From: Octopus vulgaris
Lineage: Eukaryota
Direction: 5' to 3'
Length of the DNA stretch: 64,000 bases
NCBI GenBank assembly: GCA_951406725.2
Contig: OX597834.1
Coordinates: 8,990,001 to 9,054,000 of the forward strand
The notes below the pieces were generated by a model. The model was not told the origin of the DNA. It was given only the letters and a program-made list of their open reading frames with translations, and did no database searches. Positions 10,401 to 25,542 of this stretch are shown piece after piece; position 1 is the stretch's first letter, and each line of letters opens with the position of its first letter. The position numbers and the translations under genes are program-made.

Positions 10401-11769
10401 CGCCAACACATGCACGCACACATACACATGCGTGTACGAACGTATGTATATACGTATGTATGTATGCATGTATACCTGAGTGTTTGAATCTTTCAGAGCA
10501 CATGCAGTGGGCACGTTTCTTTCTACAACCTCACTATTTAAGTTGCAGTCTGGATTATAAAATCTGTATAATTAAAATTAAACGAAATGAAGCAGAAAGC
10601 TTGATGATAGACGGATTTGTATTAGAGAATTAAATGAATTAAGGATATGGCAATTATATAAAGGAAAGTACACAGCAGACTTTATAATTGTGCATGCATT
10701 CATACACACGATTGTATACACGTACATACAAACGCATAAGTACGTTTATATATATAATATGAATTAGAGATAAAACCACTATTATGCAAATCAAACATTG
10801 ATAGACATAAACCAATACATAAATAACAAATAATATATATAATTAATATAATATATAATTTTTTATTATAGGTCTGCGTTGGCGCGCGCGTGTGTGTACA
10901 TAGATGCACCTTTTCTTTTATTCTTTCCATGCTTCACTCATTTGATTGCGGCCAGGCTGGAGCACCGCTTGGTCGTATTTTACTCGAACAAATCGAGGCG
11001 TGTATATTTTTTCCATGGGACGGGAAGCCACTCCCTCACAAAATAAATTATGTTTGCCAGTGTATGGAGTGGAACAACGTGAAATGAAGTATTTTACAGA
11101 CGAACGAAGCACGCATCATCAGGTCCGGCGGTCGAAATCATAATCCTACGATCGTAAGCTGTAAGATCCTAATGATTAAGCCATATTATATATTATATTA
11201 ATATAATCACATATATTAATATATACATATCTATATGTGTGTGTATGTATGTTCATGTGTGATTAATTGAGTGAGAAACAAAGAGAGAAAGAGGGGGTAT
11301 TTCACTGATTTCTATAAACTGAATACAGAAGTACATCTTTATATACTTTAAACAAACAATATTCATTTTGCTTAGGTGTAACGTAATAAGTCTTTAATAA
11401 CCTCACAATCCATGCTTGCGAATCAGCAAATCTGTTTAGCAATCAATCAGTTAGTCTTACAGTAGGTTTTACATCATTTTATACTTGACAGTAATGCATG
11501 CAGTGTGTCATGTACAACAATGCATCGACCCCATCCGATAGTCTCTGGGACAAATATCGGTTTCATGACGAAGGTAAACAAGTGCGTATGGATTTCGTCA
11601 AGTAGCCTTCTCAATATGTTCCCCAGGGTTGCATATAATTGTGCTAATACATGATCTGTTTGACCAATGGAAGTCGACTGGTTCTAAAATTTACAAACTT
11701 AGGCACATTTGTGTTCTGCTCTTGTTTATTTTATCGTCAAAGACATGTACTCAAAAGTTTGTGGAACAT

Positions 11770-11968
11770 ATATCTACCAAGAAGAAGGAAGACATTATAA
11801 TATTTATCTACCAAGAAGAAGGAAGACAGCATTAGAATATTTATTTACCAAGAAGAAGGACGACAACATTACAATATTTATCTACCAAGTCTGTAGAATA
11901 TTTATCTACCAAGAAGAAGGAAGAAAGTTGTAGAATATATCTACCAAGAAGAAGGAAGAAAACATTAG
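11770..11968. repeat. Minisatellite, ~6 imperfect units of ~33-37 bp (atatttatctaccaagaagaaggaaga...)
   Basis: taccaag recurs at ~11775, 11809, 11846, 11883, 11907 and 11942. Confidence 0.85.
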
Positions 11969-11989
11969 AAAATCCAGAAAACCCAGAAG

Positions 11990-12530
11990 ATTTGCACAAT
12001 ATAGTGAGTCAATCGACTCGTTAGATTTTGGCTGCGACCTAAGGCTTTCCTATCAGAGAAGAAGTAATATTGTATGTGAGTGAAGTTGTATAACCTTTTA
12101 AGCAACTGTTTGTCAGAAAAAATAAACTGTTTGAGAACATCTGTGCAGGTGTGGATCGACCTCTCTTCAGTACAGGTATACGACTTGTATCGAGTATCCG
12201 CGTGCTCCACAGTTCTGATAGTCCATACCGACACAGAAACAGCATCGCTATGATACTCGCTGACTCTTCGGTATCATTATCGATAATGTATACAACCTGT
12301 TGGGTAAATTGCGGTTTGTTAATAGTGTCCATATGTTTACATAGAAAGTCTTTTATTTCTCTTTGATGCACTTGCAAGTTTTCCTTGAAAGGTTTCCAAT
12401 TCTATCCGAACATTGTGAACAAACGTATTTGCAACACGAAGAAAGCTGGCAATTTCCAAATCGATGTAGAGCGGATATACGGCAACACTGTCTGTTTTAG
12501 TTTTGTGTTACAATTTCGTCTACCAGAATT
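11990..12530 (-). pseudogene. Decayed remnant of an invertebrate TE-associated protein with a FEN1/XPG-like (PIN-type) nuclease domain
   Basis: LQVHQREIKDFLCKHM..QQVVYIIDNDTE..GLSELWS..RIPV..LTYNITSSLIGK parallels the motif order EEAD-R-I-H...VV-S-DTDV...ELW...R-IP-H...LTGCD-TS...GK; catalytic residues degenerate. Confidence 0.45.
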
Positions 12531-12649
12531 GAAATAAAATAGAGAAATCACAACAAAAAAATACATATAATTGGTATGAAGATTGTAAAATTCTCATCAT
12601 TAGATGTCCTCAAGTACCTTTACGCACCACTGTATATCTGAAGGTAAAT

Positions 12650-12855
12650 ATGTAAATATAAATGTGTGTGTGTGTATGTATATATGTGTGTGTATGTATA
12701 TATATATATGTGTGTGTGTAATATATAAATATGTGTGTATGTAAATACATGTGTGTGTGTGTGTAATATATAAATATGTGTGTATGTATATATATGTGTG
12801 TGTGTGTGTAATATATAAATATGTGTGTATGTATATATATATGTGTGTGTGTATG

Positions 12856-12886
<31 letters not shown>

Positions 12887-12987
12887 GTGTGTGTGTATGT
12901 ATATATATCTATATATATATATGTGTGTATGTATATATATCTATATATGTGTGTGTATGTATATATATGTGTGTTTGTGTGTGTATG

Positions 12988-13030
<43 letters not shown>

Positions 13031-13145
13031 ATGTATATATATGTGTGTGTGTTGTGTGTGTGTGTGTGTGTATGTATATATATGTGTGTGTTTGTGTGTG
13101 TATGTGTGTGTATGTATATATATGTGTGTGTTTGTGTGTGTATGT

Positions 13146-13183
<38 letters not shown>

Positions 13184-13317
13184 TTGTGTATGTATATACA
13201 TATATATATATATATATATACATACATACAGGAGAGAGAGGGAGAAAGACAGAGAAAGTGTATGTGTGTGTGTACATTGATGTGTGCGTCCTTGTTAGTA
13301 TAAGTCTATTGGAGTAG

Positions 13318-13360
<43 letters not shown>
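12650..13360. repeat. Compound (TA)n/(TG)n microsatellite
   Basis: Direct inspection. Confidence 0.95.
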
Positions 13361-13362
<2 letters not shown>

Positions 13363-13569
13363 ATTCTATTTGGATATATATTTCCAGAGATAGAAAGATG
13401 GAGAGAGTGCAGCAATAGAAAAAGTATGCAATGCTCTATGCTGAAGAAGAGGTATTCAGTGGAGTATATCAAACAGTCAGACATCGTAACATATTCGCAC
13501 GAATGTTTCTTAAGTTATATAATTGTAAATTAAATTTCCAATCAATAATTGCAGCCCAAAATCAGAGAC

Positions 13570-13604
<35 letters not shown>

Positions 13605-16519
13605 CTTTGTATGTATGCAAATGTGTATGTATGTATGTATGTATGTATGTATGAATATATGTATATGTACGTATGGATATATATTTACACACATATTTAT
13701 TTACTACTACTTTTACTACTGTAAAATAATAATAATGATAATAATAATAATAATAGAAAGAGCTGAGACTCGTTAACCTATGCAGATCACCGAAGATATA
13801 CATCAGTTTATATATTAAGACAGAATATTTGTATTGAATACTACATAGCTTTCTATATATATATATATATGTATACGCATATACATACATATATATAAAT
13901 ACATATTAGTTTCTGTATTTGATAGGTTTAGTATGGATGTATGTGCCTGTATATCTGTGTGCATATGTAACGATTTTTATATAATGATATAACGTCACAC
14001 ACTCACAAATGCATGCACACACAAATGCACATACACAAAATTTGATGTATGTTTGTATGTATAAACGAAAGTGAAACCTCTGCATTTGTGATTTTCACCG
14101 TGTTAAGTGCGTTGTTTGCAACGTGACAACAAACTGCTCAAGACGCTCGTTATGCGTTTGACTTAGATTTAGTTTTTTTGTATGATATCTTGTAAATGTT
14201 GAATTTCCCTGCCACGCAGCTTTCTCTGGCCATTCACCAGTTTCACTGTGTTGCTTTAATTTCGTTCGGTTGTACATGAAGGATTGTCTTTTCTGCTTTT
14301 CCAGATGATTTTTTTTTTATATATAAATATCGATTGAATACCGAAAAGTTACTGGGTTTAGGGTTGTCGCGAAAGTCCTGCTTGGATGCCCAATGATCCG
14401 AGTTCTTTTATATGGTTTAAAAAGAAAATTGAATGACCGCTGCAATAAGTGTGAATCTGAGAGAGGTATATGTTGGATAAAATCATATCTTATCCTCCTT
14501 CATTTTCTTTTACACAAACCCATGAACTTTTCACTAACGCCTCGTATATTATAAAATTATTCAACTTACTGCAGTAGAGACTTGGCGGTTGGAATTTATG
14601 TTTACTGTTATCCTTAATTGATAGATTGAAATGCTTTTGAAGTATTCTGTGTTCAAGTGTACAATACCTCTTTGGCGGCACTGGCATCGTATGGCGCAGA
14701 AGGTGCCATATGCATTGTTCCTTACTTTCGGTAATCTTATAAAACACCTGCTTTGTGGACCATGTGATGCTGAACTTTTTATTTCATATTGCTGGATTTC
14801 ATCTTTACGTGGCCTCTTTCAAACGGGTGGGAAAAGCTATTTGTGGGTTGAATACGTACTGTCTCTATGCAGCTTCTCGTTCTAGCAAAAATGTTATCGA
14901 AATACCTTACTGCAGTACATATACAACCGTTAGCAACTGAAATGAATTATACTATTCTATTGAAGTAATAAATTATTAATTGTAAAGATACCTTATCTGC
15001 CTTCAAACAAGTTTCATACAGATAGAACATTTCCTTAGAAATGGCATACGCGTCTAATGCGTGATCAGACAGTGTAGTTAGCTAGATAACATTCTCTTAG
15101 GCAAGTTTATGATCACTCGTCAAGTGAAGCTCTGCTATCTGAAATGTTTCGTATATTTATTTGCACGGGGGGCATCAGTGTGTTTATGATGCATTAGTGT
15201 ATCATAAACACGCGTTCGAAGTCGAATATTCGTTCGCAATTAAATCACGGTTCCTCAAGCTATGTATACTTTTCCCAATTCATAGAAATAAGAGCGTGAT
15301 AATGTGTATGTGTGCGTATAGTAATATGACTGTGCAAGTGCGTGAAGAAAATTTCCACTTCGCATCGTGTGTTACAGCGTAGGTGTGTTCGTGTGTTTGC
15401 CTGTTGAAGAATGCTGGATTTCCTTAAAGAGAAATGTCAATATATTTTATATGAGCAACTGCATTAATAATAATAAAAAGCAATATGGTGGAAAGGAAAT
15501 TCTTGATGTGTTTCTCAAACCATAAATAATAATGTACATAACAATAATAATAATAAGACGAAGAAGAAGGGCAACGACAAGAGTATCAAGAACGATAACA
15601 ATACTAATAATAAAAAATAGTGATAATAATAATAAAAATAATAATAAGCATAAGACGAAGAAGAACAACAACAACAACAGCATCAAGAACAATAATAATA
15701 CTAATAATAAATAATAATAATGATAATAATAATAATGAAAATGGTAATATTAATTTTTCTTTATAATAATAATAACAACAACAACAAATACAAACATCTC
15801 ACAACTATGAAACAAAATTATGAAGGATTTGCATCTGCTTGCAAAATTTTCATCATTTATTGAGAAAATATCTCAGTATCTAAAATGTAACTTTAGATGT
15901 AACATACAGCTTCCGGTTCTCGTGTTTTGTTTCTTTATTTATTTTGCAAACACTTTTTTATGACTCGGATTCCGTAAGAGTGTTGTCAACAGATTTTCCG
16001 AATATAAAATGTATTCCGTATATTTTTTTTCTCTTATTCTTTCTTTATTTTTTCTTTATATTTTCCTATTGACGATACCTTTTTTTTATCTCGGTATTCA
16101 ATTTCTGGAGTTAAATACAACAACACCACCGCCACAACGGCGGTGACGTCAAAGACGATGACGGAATTAAAGTCGAAGATAACGACGACAGAGGAGGAGT
16201 TGAACGTCATGTTGATGATGATGATGATGATGATTTATACTTTGATAACGGTAGTTGATGATAATACTATAAATAGTCGTATTCACATTTTATTGTTATT
16301 AGCGTCGATTATCTTCCCCTGAATTTTCTATTATTTTATTATGCATGTTATATATATTTTAATTTCCTTGTTTCCTTGAAATCAAAGGACGCAAAATAGC
16401 ATAAAACTAGAAAAACAAAATGTCCATTTGTTTCTGCATTTCATGACGCGAAAATTTTCAAAAGATTTCGTGGATTGGAAACATAATTCATTATTGTTTT
16501 AGTTAATTTTTGTCATTTC

Positions 16520-19110
16520 GTCATATATATATACGCTTATATATATATATATATATGTATATATATGTATATGTATATATATGTATATGTATGTATATGT
16601 ATATATATGTATATGTATATGTATATATATGTATATGTATATGTATATATATGTATATGTATATATATGTATATGTATGTATATGTATATGTATGTATAT
16701 GTACGTATATGTATATGTATGTAGATGTATGTATATGTATGTATATATGTATGTATATATGTATGTATATATATATATGTATGTATATATATGTGTATAT
16801 GTATGTATATATATATATGTATGTATATATATGTGTATATGTATGTATATATATATATGTATGTATATATATGTGTATATGTATGTATATGTATATGTAT
16901 GTATATGTATATATGTATGTATATATGTATGTATATGTATGTATATGTATGTATGTATATGTATGTATGTATATGTATATATGTATATATGTATATATAT
17001 GTATGTATGTATATATGTATATATATGTATATATATATGTATATATATATGTATATATATATATATGTATGTATGTATGTATGCATATATATATGTATAT
17101 GTATGTATGTATGTATGCATATATATATGTATATGTATGTATGTATGTATGCATATATATATGTATATGTATGTATGTATGTATGCATATATATATGTAT
17201 ATGTATGTATGTATGTATGCATATATATATGTATATGTATGTATGTATGTATGCATATATATATGTATATGTATGTATGTATGTATGCATATATATATGT
17301 ATATGTATGTATGTATGTATGCATATATATATGTATATGTATGTATGTATGTATGCATATATATATGTATATGTATGTATGTATGTATGTATATATATAT
17401 GTATATGTATGTATGTATGTATGCATATATATATGTATATATATGTATGTATGCATATATATATGTATATATATGTATGTATGTATGCATATATATATGT
17501 ATATATATGTATGTATGTATGCATATATATATGTATATATATGTATGTATGTATGCATATATATATGTATATATATGTATGTATGTATGCATATATATAT
17601 GTATATATATGTATGTATGTATGCATATATATATGTATATATATGTATGTATGTATGCATATATATATGTATATATATGTATGTATGTATGCATATATAT
17701 ATGTATATATATGTATGTATGTATGCATATATATATGTATATATATGTATGTATGTATGCATATATATATGTATATATATGTATGTATGTATGCATATAT
17801 ATATGTATATATATGTATGTATGTATGCATATATATATGTATATATATGTATGTATGTATGCATATATATATGTATATATATGTATGTATGTATGCATAT
17901 ATATATGTATATATATGTATGTATGTATGCATATATATATGTATATATATGTATGTATGTATGCATATATATATGTATATATATGTATGTATGTATGCAT
18001 ATATATATGTATATATATGTATGTATGTATGCATATATATATGTATATATATGTATGTATGTATGCATATATATATGTATATATATGTATGTATGTATGC
18101 ATATATATATGTATATATATGTATGTATGTATGCATATATATATGTATATATATGTATGTATGTATGCATATATATATGTATATATATGTATGTATGTAT
18201 GCATATATATATGTATATATATGTATGTATGTATGCATATATATATGTATATATATGTATGTATGTATGCATATATATATGTATATATATGTATGTATGT
18301 ATGCATATATATATGTATATATATGTATGTATGTATGCATATATATATGTATATATATGTATGTATGTATGCATATATATATGTATATATATGTATGTAT
18401 GTATGCATATATATATGTATATATATGTATGTATGTATGCATATATATATGTATATATATGTATGTATGTATGCATATATATATGTATATATATGTATGT
18501 ATGTATGCATATATATATGTATATATATGTATGTATGTATGCATATATATATGTATATATATGTATGTATGTATGCATATATATATGTATATATATGTAT
18601 GTATGTATGCATATATATATGTATATATATGTATGTATGTATGCATATATATATGTATATATATGTATGTATGTATGCATATATATATGTATATATATGT
18701 ATGTATGTATGCATATATATATGTATATATATGTATGTATGTATGCATATATATATGTATATATATGTATGTATGTATGCATATATATATGTATATATAT
18801 GTATGTATGTATGCATATATATATGTATATATATGTATGTATGTATGCATATATATATGTATATATATGTATGTATGTATGCATATATATATGTATATAT
18901 ATGTATGTATGTATGCATATATATATGTATATATATGTATGTATGTATGCATATATATATGTATATATATGTATGTATGTATGCATATATATATGTATAT
19001 ATATGTATGTATGTATGCATATATATATGTATATATATGTATGTATGTATGCATATATATATGTATATATATATATATGAATGTATGTATATGTATATAT
19101 ATGTATATAT
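16520..19110. repeat. 2.6-kb TA/TATG tract containing a 34-bp minisatellite (17083-19060)
   Basis: The GC dinucleotide recurs every 34 bp; unit gcatatatatatgtatatatatgtatgtatgtat. Confidence 0.95.
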
Positions 19111-19219
19111 TTCTTATTGTCATGTTTTGAAGACGTTCAACAATATCCAGAGATGCTTTCGGAACATCTCTACTGTTTGTCACACTGAATACGTCTTATT
19201 ATAAATCCTCCAAATCCCC

Positions 19220-22200
19220 CCCTCATCGTCATCGTGTCCATCTTCCTCCTGCATCTCACTTCATCTTCCTCATCATCATCAACAAACGCAACAACAACAT
19301 TTCCAAAGTTATCGACAATAATATCCTCAACGATCAACATCAAAATCATTATCAAACGCACGAATCTTCTCAATAAGGAACCGGTTTCACTATCTTCATC
19401 ATCGCAATCATCGCCACTCTTCGAAACATCACATGATTATTCAATAATCACTGTCAACACAATTACCACTGTCATCATAAATTTTAATATCACTACCACC
19501 ACCATCACCACCACCACCTCCATCCTCCTCATCATCATGATCATAACTACCACTATAACATCCATCAGCATTACCATTATTACCATCGACGTCGTCATCG
19601 TTATCGTCATCAACATCGTCATCATCAACAGCCTCAACACACCAACGTCGTCCTCATCGACATGATCTTCATCATTCCCTTCACCATCATCATAAGACTC
19701 CTCTTCATCATCATCATCATCATCATTATCGTATTCGTATATCATGATCATCATCATCAAAATTCTCATCATCGCCATCATCATCATTTTCTTCTTGCTA
19801 GTATCAGCAATAACAGTAACACCAACATTGTTATCACCATCATCATGATCATCAGCTTCTTCTTCTTCTGCTCCTCCTCCTCCTTCTTCTTCTTCTTCTT
19901 CTTCTTCTTCTTCTTCTTCTTCTTCTTCTTCTTCTTCTTCTGCTTCTGCTTCTTCTTCTCCTCTTCTTCTTCGTCTTCTTCTTTTTCTTCTTCTTCTTCT
20001 TCTTCTTCTTCTTCTTCCGCTTTTTCTTCTGCTTCTTCTTCTGCTTCTGCTTCTTCTTCTCCTCTTCTTCTTCGTCTTCTTCTTTTTCTTCTTCTTCATC
20101 TTCTTCTTCCGCTTCTTCTTCTTCTGTTCTTTTTTTCTTTTTCTTCTTCTTCTTCTTTTTCTTCTTCTTCTTCTTCTTCTTCTTCTTTCTTCTTCTTCTT
20201 CCGCTTTTTCTTCTGCTTCTTCTTCTGCTTCTTCTTCTGCTTCTGCTTCTTCTTCTCCTCTTCTTCTTCGTCTTCTTCCTTTTCTTCTTCTTCATCTTCT
20301 TCTTCTTCCGCTTCTTCTTCTTCTGTTCTCTTTTTCTTTTTCTTCTTCTTCTTCTTCTTTTTCTTCTTCTTCCTCTTCTTTGCTAGTATCAGTAGTAGCA
20401 CTAGCCCTAACATTGCTATCATCATCATCATCATCATCATAATGCAGTATCCTCTATATGGCTGATTATTCTGTTACGAAAAAAACCAAAAAAACCTTAT
20501 CTAATTCTTCCTCACACACCATACTGTTTTTTTTTTTCTTTCGAAAAGACAAAGAAAACAAAACAAACCAAAAACAAACAAACGGCGCTGTGGAAAGTTC
20601 CACATACTCCTTCGATGCGCGGGAAAAATCATCGCCGGAAAGACATTGATCATTGCACTTTTACAATGATGGATGACCTGCAGTTGAACATCAACATCAA
20701 CATCAGCATCAACATCATACTACTAACCATCAGCGTCAAGAATACCATCTTCATTACCAATTATGACCATCGTCGCCAACACCACGTCGGCTCCATAATT
20801 ATTATTAAAACAACCACCATCATCATCATCATCATCACCTATTGCTAATTTACATATCACCGCCATTAACGTAACTTCTGTCATCTTTATCGTTGTCTTC
20901 ATCATCGGAACATCTTCCAACACTTGTTATTTGCCTTATTATCATCATACAATCTCGTCGTCGTTAACAGCTTCTTCACGAGAATAATTGTCCTCGTTAT
21001 AATCTCCAAAAGTCGACTGCGTCACCATCGTAGCGATCCTTAAAGACACTGCCGCCACCTTCTCCTCCATCATCAACATTATCATCATCATCAACATAAT
21101 CATCATGGTTGTCGTCCTTATCATCATCATCATCGTCGTCGTCATCGTCATCATCATCATCATCACCACCACCATCACCAACACCACCATCAACACCATC
21201 ATCGTCATCATCGTCGTCATCATCATAAACATCATCATCATCATTGTCATCATCATCATTGTCATCATCATCATTGTCATCATCGTCATCATCATCGTCA
21301 TCATCGTCATCGTAGTCATCATCATCATAAACATCGTCATCGTCATCATCACCATCATCATTATCGTCGTCATCATCATCACCATCATCATCATAAACAT
21401 CATCATCATCATCATAAACATCACCATCATCATCGTCGTCATCATCATCATAAACATCATCATCATCGTCATCATCGTCATCATCATCACCATCATCATC
21501 ATTATCGTCGTCATCATCATCATCATAAACATCATCATTGTCGTCATCATCATCATAAACATAATCATCATCTTCATCATTATCGTCAACACCATCACAT
21601 CATTATTATCGTTATCATCATTATTGTAATTTTCGTCATCGTCGTCACCCGAATAATCGTCATCACCATCCATATCACCACGACCACCACAACCAACTAC
21701 TACTGCTGCTGCTGCTGCTGCTGCTACTATTGCAGCTGCTGCCACCACTACTACTACCACCGTTAATATCACCATCACCATCACCATCAACATCATCCTT
21801 ATCAAAACCACCACTTCCATAACCACCACCATCACCACCACCAACTTCGCCGCCGCGCTCAACATCATCATCATCATAATCATCATCATCATCGTCATTT
21901 CCACCACCAACAACGCCACCACCAGACCACCACCACCACCACCAAATATACTTAGTGGCATTGATTTATATTTTCTGGGTTATGATTTTCTTTTTATTTT
22001 GTCTTATTATTGCTTATGTTTTTTTTTTTGTTTTTTTGCATTTTCTTTTTTCTTTTACTTTTCCTTTCTGTGTATTTGTGTTAATTGAAATCAACTCCAT
22101 TGAAATGGAGATCAATAATTCAACAACCGTCACCGACTCAACCCCTCCTGACACCTACACCACCACTACCACCATAACGACCACTACCACCACCACCACC

Positions 22201-22420
22201 ACCACCACTACCACCACCACTACCACCACCAACTACAACACCACCAACACTACCACCACCACACTTAGCTTCCCAACTGCAGCTGCCGCCATCATGTCCG
22301 TTCCTACAACTACTACCACCACCAACAACATCGCAACCACTACTGCTAACACTTCTACCACAACTCCTACTGTCACCACTACCACTAACAATGGTATAAC
22401 TGCTGCTGCTGCTAACGTAT
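19220..22420. repeat. Compound trinucleotide region (ATC)n/(TTC)n/(ACC)n/(GCT)n
   Basis: Direct inspection; source of the poly-amino-acid ORFs in the track. Confidence 0.9.
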
Positions 22421-22443
22421 AATAAATTCCGTGTGTGTGTATG

Positions 22444-22498
<55 letters not shown>

Positions 22499-22522
22499 TA
22501 CCACTATATACTATACATATAC

Positions 22523-22594
<72 letters not shown>

Positions 22595-23119
22595 CATATA
22601 TATACACACACACACACACACATATATACATATACACATATATATATATATCATACACTACCATCATACGAGCTCCACGAAGCCCTGATAGCACAGTATC
22701 ACTTATATAATTGATGGGATTGTCATGGTTGGAATGCCTTTGTTTCCTAATTCTTCGGACTAAGCAGAAAGATGCTGCTGCTACAATTCCCACTATTACT
22801 GCTACCGCTTCTGCTACAACAGCAACAACAACCACTACTACTACTTTCCCGACACCACTTCTAATATTGCTACTAATACTACCTTCCTCATTATACTAAT
22901 GCTACTACTACTTCTAATACTAGCGAGGCTACTACTACGAGCACCGCTAGGAACATTGCTAGAGACGAGCTGCACCACATGGAACAAGCACATGTACTAC
23001 GTCTGCCATTAGTATCTGCATAACAAGAAACCTCATTAAAGCAATTAGTGCATGAGTATCTAACACCATAACCCATTTCAGTTATTCATGCTTACTTATT
23101 ATTTGCTGATAGCTGTCCG

Positions 23120-23547
23120 TCAAAGTTGACGACGGTGTTGTTCTGTAGGCCTCTTATCCTACATTCTGTGAGTTGATAGATGTGTAAAGAGTCCGATTTT
23201 GGAATGGCATGTCCTTGTACATAGATGACAAGCTGCCTAGTATCTTCTTGGTGAGTCGGAGACGATGTTGAAGTATTTTCTCCTTAAGTTACTCACGTAA
23301 GGTTACATAAATGTGTGCAACTCCTTCGTCGCTGAAGGAGTGCCTGGTTAGCCGCTTCGGAGCAAAATGTTCAAACTGGGGCGGCGGAATTTTGCAAGAG
23401 TTGCAGGCAAGCTTAAGATGATCCCTCTCTCTCTCTTCTTGGGTCCTCCATGCTGGCAAATATCGGTTGATAGCTCTCCGAAAAACATTTCCGTGGAAAA
23501 ATTACCAGACATCCTGATAATGTGGCCGACCCATCTTAAATATTGAA
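23120..23547 (-). pseudogene. RTE-clade (BovB-like) LINE 3' end remnant
   Basis: QYLRWVGHIIRMSGNFSTEMFFGELSTDICQHGGPKKRERDHLK matches the RTE C-terminal pattern LRWAGHV.RM...PK..FYGEL..G.R..GG.KKR.KD.LK. Confidence 0.8.
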
Positions 23548-24049
23548 TACACTTTTAATAACCATTTCTACTTGTTATATCGTGAGAATATATGATATGT
23601 GTGTAACTGTAATAATATATCCTTTTCTACTCTAGGCACAAGGGACGGAAGTTTTGTGGAGGGGTCCAATCGATTAGATCGACTCCAGTACGCAACTGGT
23701 ACTTATTTATTGACCCTAAATATAACCGTATAACAATAAGAAATGATACAAGAATTAGTCATCTTATTGCAACTGTTCGTACAATAATAATACTCCAACG
23801 CAGAATCATTAAGGAAACTAACGCTCCCACAGTTCGATCTCAACTGTCTACTGACTGATCAATTTATAAGACTCGCCCAATTGACTGACAGCCACGTGTG
23901 TGGGGTCAGATCAATATTCCAGGCAGCAGCCCTGAAGAGTTTTAGAAGAGGCGGCTAGTCGAATACCAAATCGATAGACTCTGACCTTTGACTGTAGCAG
24001 ACCGCAAATATAACTAAAAGACGATCAGAGAAGTCATTTCATTGAGCTT

Positions 24050-24405
24050 AAAAGGATGCAAGGAGAATTCAACCTCGGCGGAATTTGAACTCGGAATGTA
24101 GAGACAGATGAATGTCGCTAAGTGTTAAGCCTAACGTACTAACGGTACTGTTATATCACGGCTATGTGTAACACTTTCTAAAAAATGCTTTCTATTTTCG
24201 GCGCAAACCCATCAGTTTTGAAGCGGAGCGAGAATTCAATTATATGAACTCAGGTGTTCAGCCTGTAGTTATGTTATTGACTTCGAAAAAGAAAGAAATA
24301 TGAAGTCGGTCTCGGCTTAATTTGAACTCATAACCTTAAGACAGACTTAATTCCGTTAAGAATTTTGCCCAGTCTGCTAGTAATTCTGCCACCTTACCGC
24401 CTTCT
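24050..24405 (-). mobile_element. Two degenerate tandem family-B SINE copies
   Basis: ctcggcggaatttgaactc at ~24074 and ctcggcttaatttgaactc at ~24311. Confidence 0.55.
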
Positions 24406-24707
24406 ATAACATTCGAACAATTATTTCGAACTTTTGCATAAGGTCACCGAATTCGAGACGGAGTTAGAAATCGATCCCATCTGTTCTATTACTTCAATGA
24501 TATTAACTTAATAACACCGTAATTGAGAAGGGAAGTCAGCATCCAGGGTGTTGGAAATCAGAACGGGAAGAGGCGCAAGAAGGGGGTGTAATCAGCATTC
24601 CGAGGGCGGATGTACAAAACTTAATTAATCAGGGACGGTTATTTCTACTGCCTCGCAAGACAGATTATACCACAGGGAAACTGGAATATGCCGTAGGACG
24701 ATATAAA

Positions 24708-24741
<34 letters not shown>

Positions 24742-24744
<3 letters not shown>

Positions 24745-24907
24745 GGTGCGGCAGAAATTTTTGAAAAATAATTGATGAAAAATAATGCTGTTTAAACAAA
24801 GGGTTACAGTGTTTGGTCATTAGCTAAATGAAAACATCGTTGGTACTTGCTTAAGTTCATTTGCAAGAGAATGTTTAAAATGTGGGAGGTATTTCTACCG
24901 CACCCTG
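24742..24907. mobile_element. Tc1/mariner-type MITE (166 bp)
   Basis: TIRs caaggtgcggcagaaat / atttctaccgcaccctg; TA on the right flank, (TA)n tract on the left. Confidence 0.75.
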
Positions 24908-25542
24908 TATGTATATATAAGGAGTGTGTGTGAGAGAGCGAGGGAGAGAGAAGCTGGTGCAAGACCAAAAAGATTGACTAAGAGAATGAGTGTGAGAGAA
25001 GCAGTGGAGAACCTGATCAAACTATTAAATCTATTTTATTAGAACAGCTTACATTGATGGTTGCCTGTACACTTCAAATCAACGAATTTGCACTTATAAA
25101 TGTTGACCCTTACAGACTTTTTGATCACGTTACCTAGGCTAAAATTTGTTAATTGTAATGAAGATTAAACTATGTTTTGTGCATTAAGGAAAGGTACATT
25201 CATATAAATCCATGGAATCCGTCACTTCAATCATCATTAGTAATTATTTCTAATACCAAGAAGCCCCCCCACCACCACCACTATTTGAAAACCATGACAT
25301 AAAGTTGAAAAATGAAATACCCTGAGATACTTTTCCCTAGGTTCTGCCAGTTGATTACACATATATGTCCCCTTACATGTGTATCAGATTAGCACCATAT
25401 GGTAGTAGCAGTTGACAGGGAGGCAAGAATTTGCTATCCCTTGCATCTGTTGCATTTCCTCATGCCTGAATGTAGCTTTGATCATTTCGCGTTCTAAAAC
25501 ATACTAGAGAACTACGACAGTCTACTTAGGTTTACCTTAAAT

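Noticed and set aside
16499-19204. 800-900-aa ORFs in all six frames
   Set aside because: Purine-pyrimidine alternating repeats cannot encode stop codons, giving Y/I/H/T/M/C/V-only translations; the same applies at 10, 12.7, 38, 40, 42.6 and 49 kb, and the similar (TA)/(TATC) tract at 28 kb.
19234-22835. Poly-E/K/S/I/M/T ORFs
   Set aside because: Translations of trinucleotide repeats on both strands, with no domain or splice evidence.
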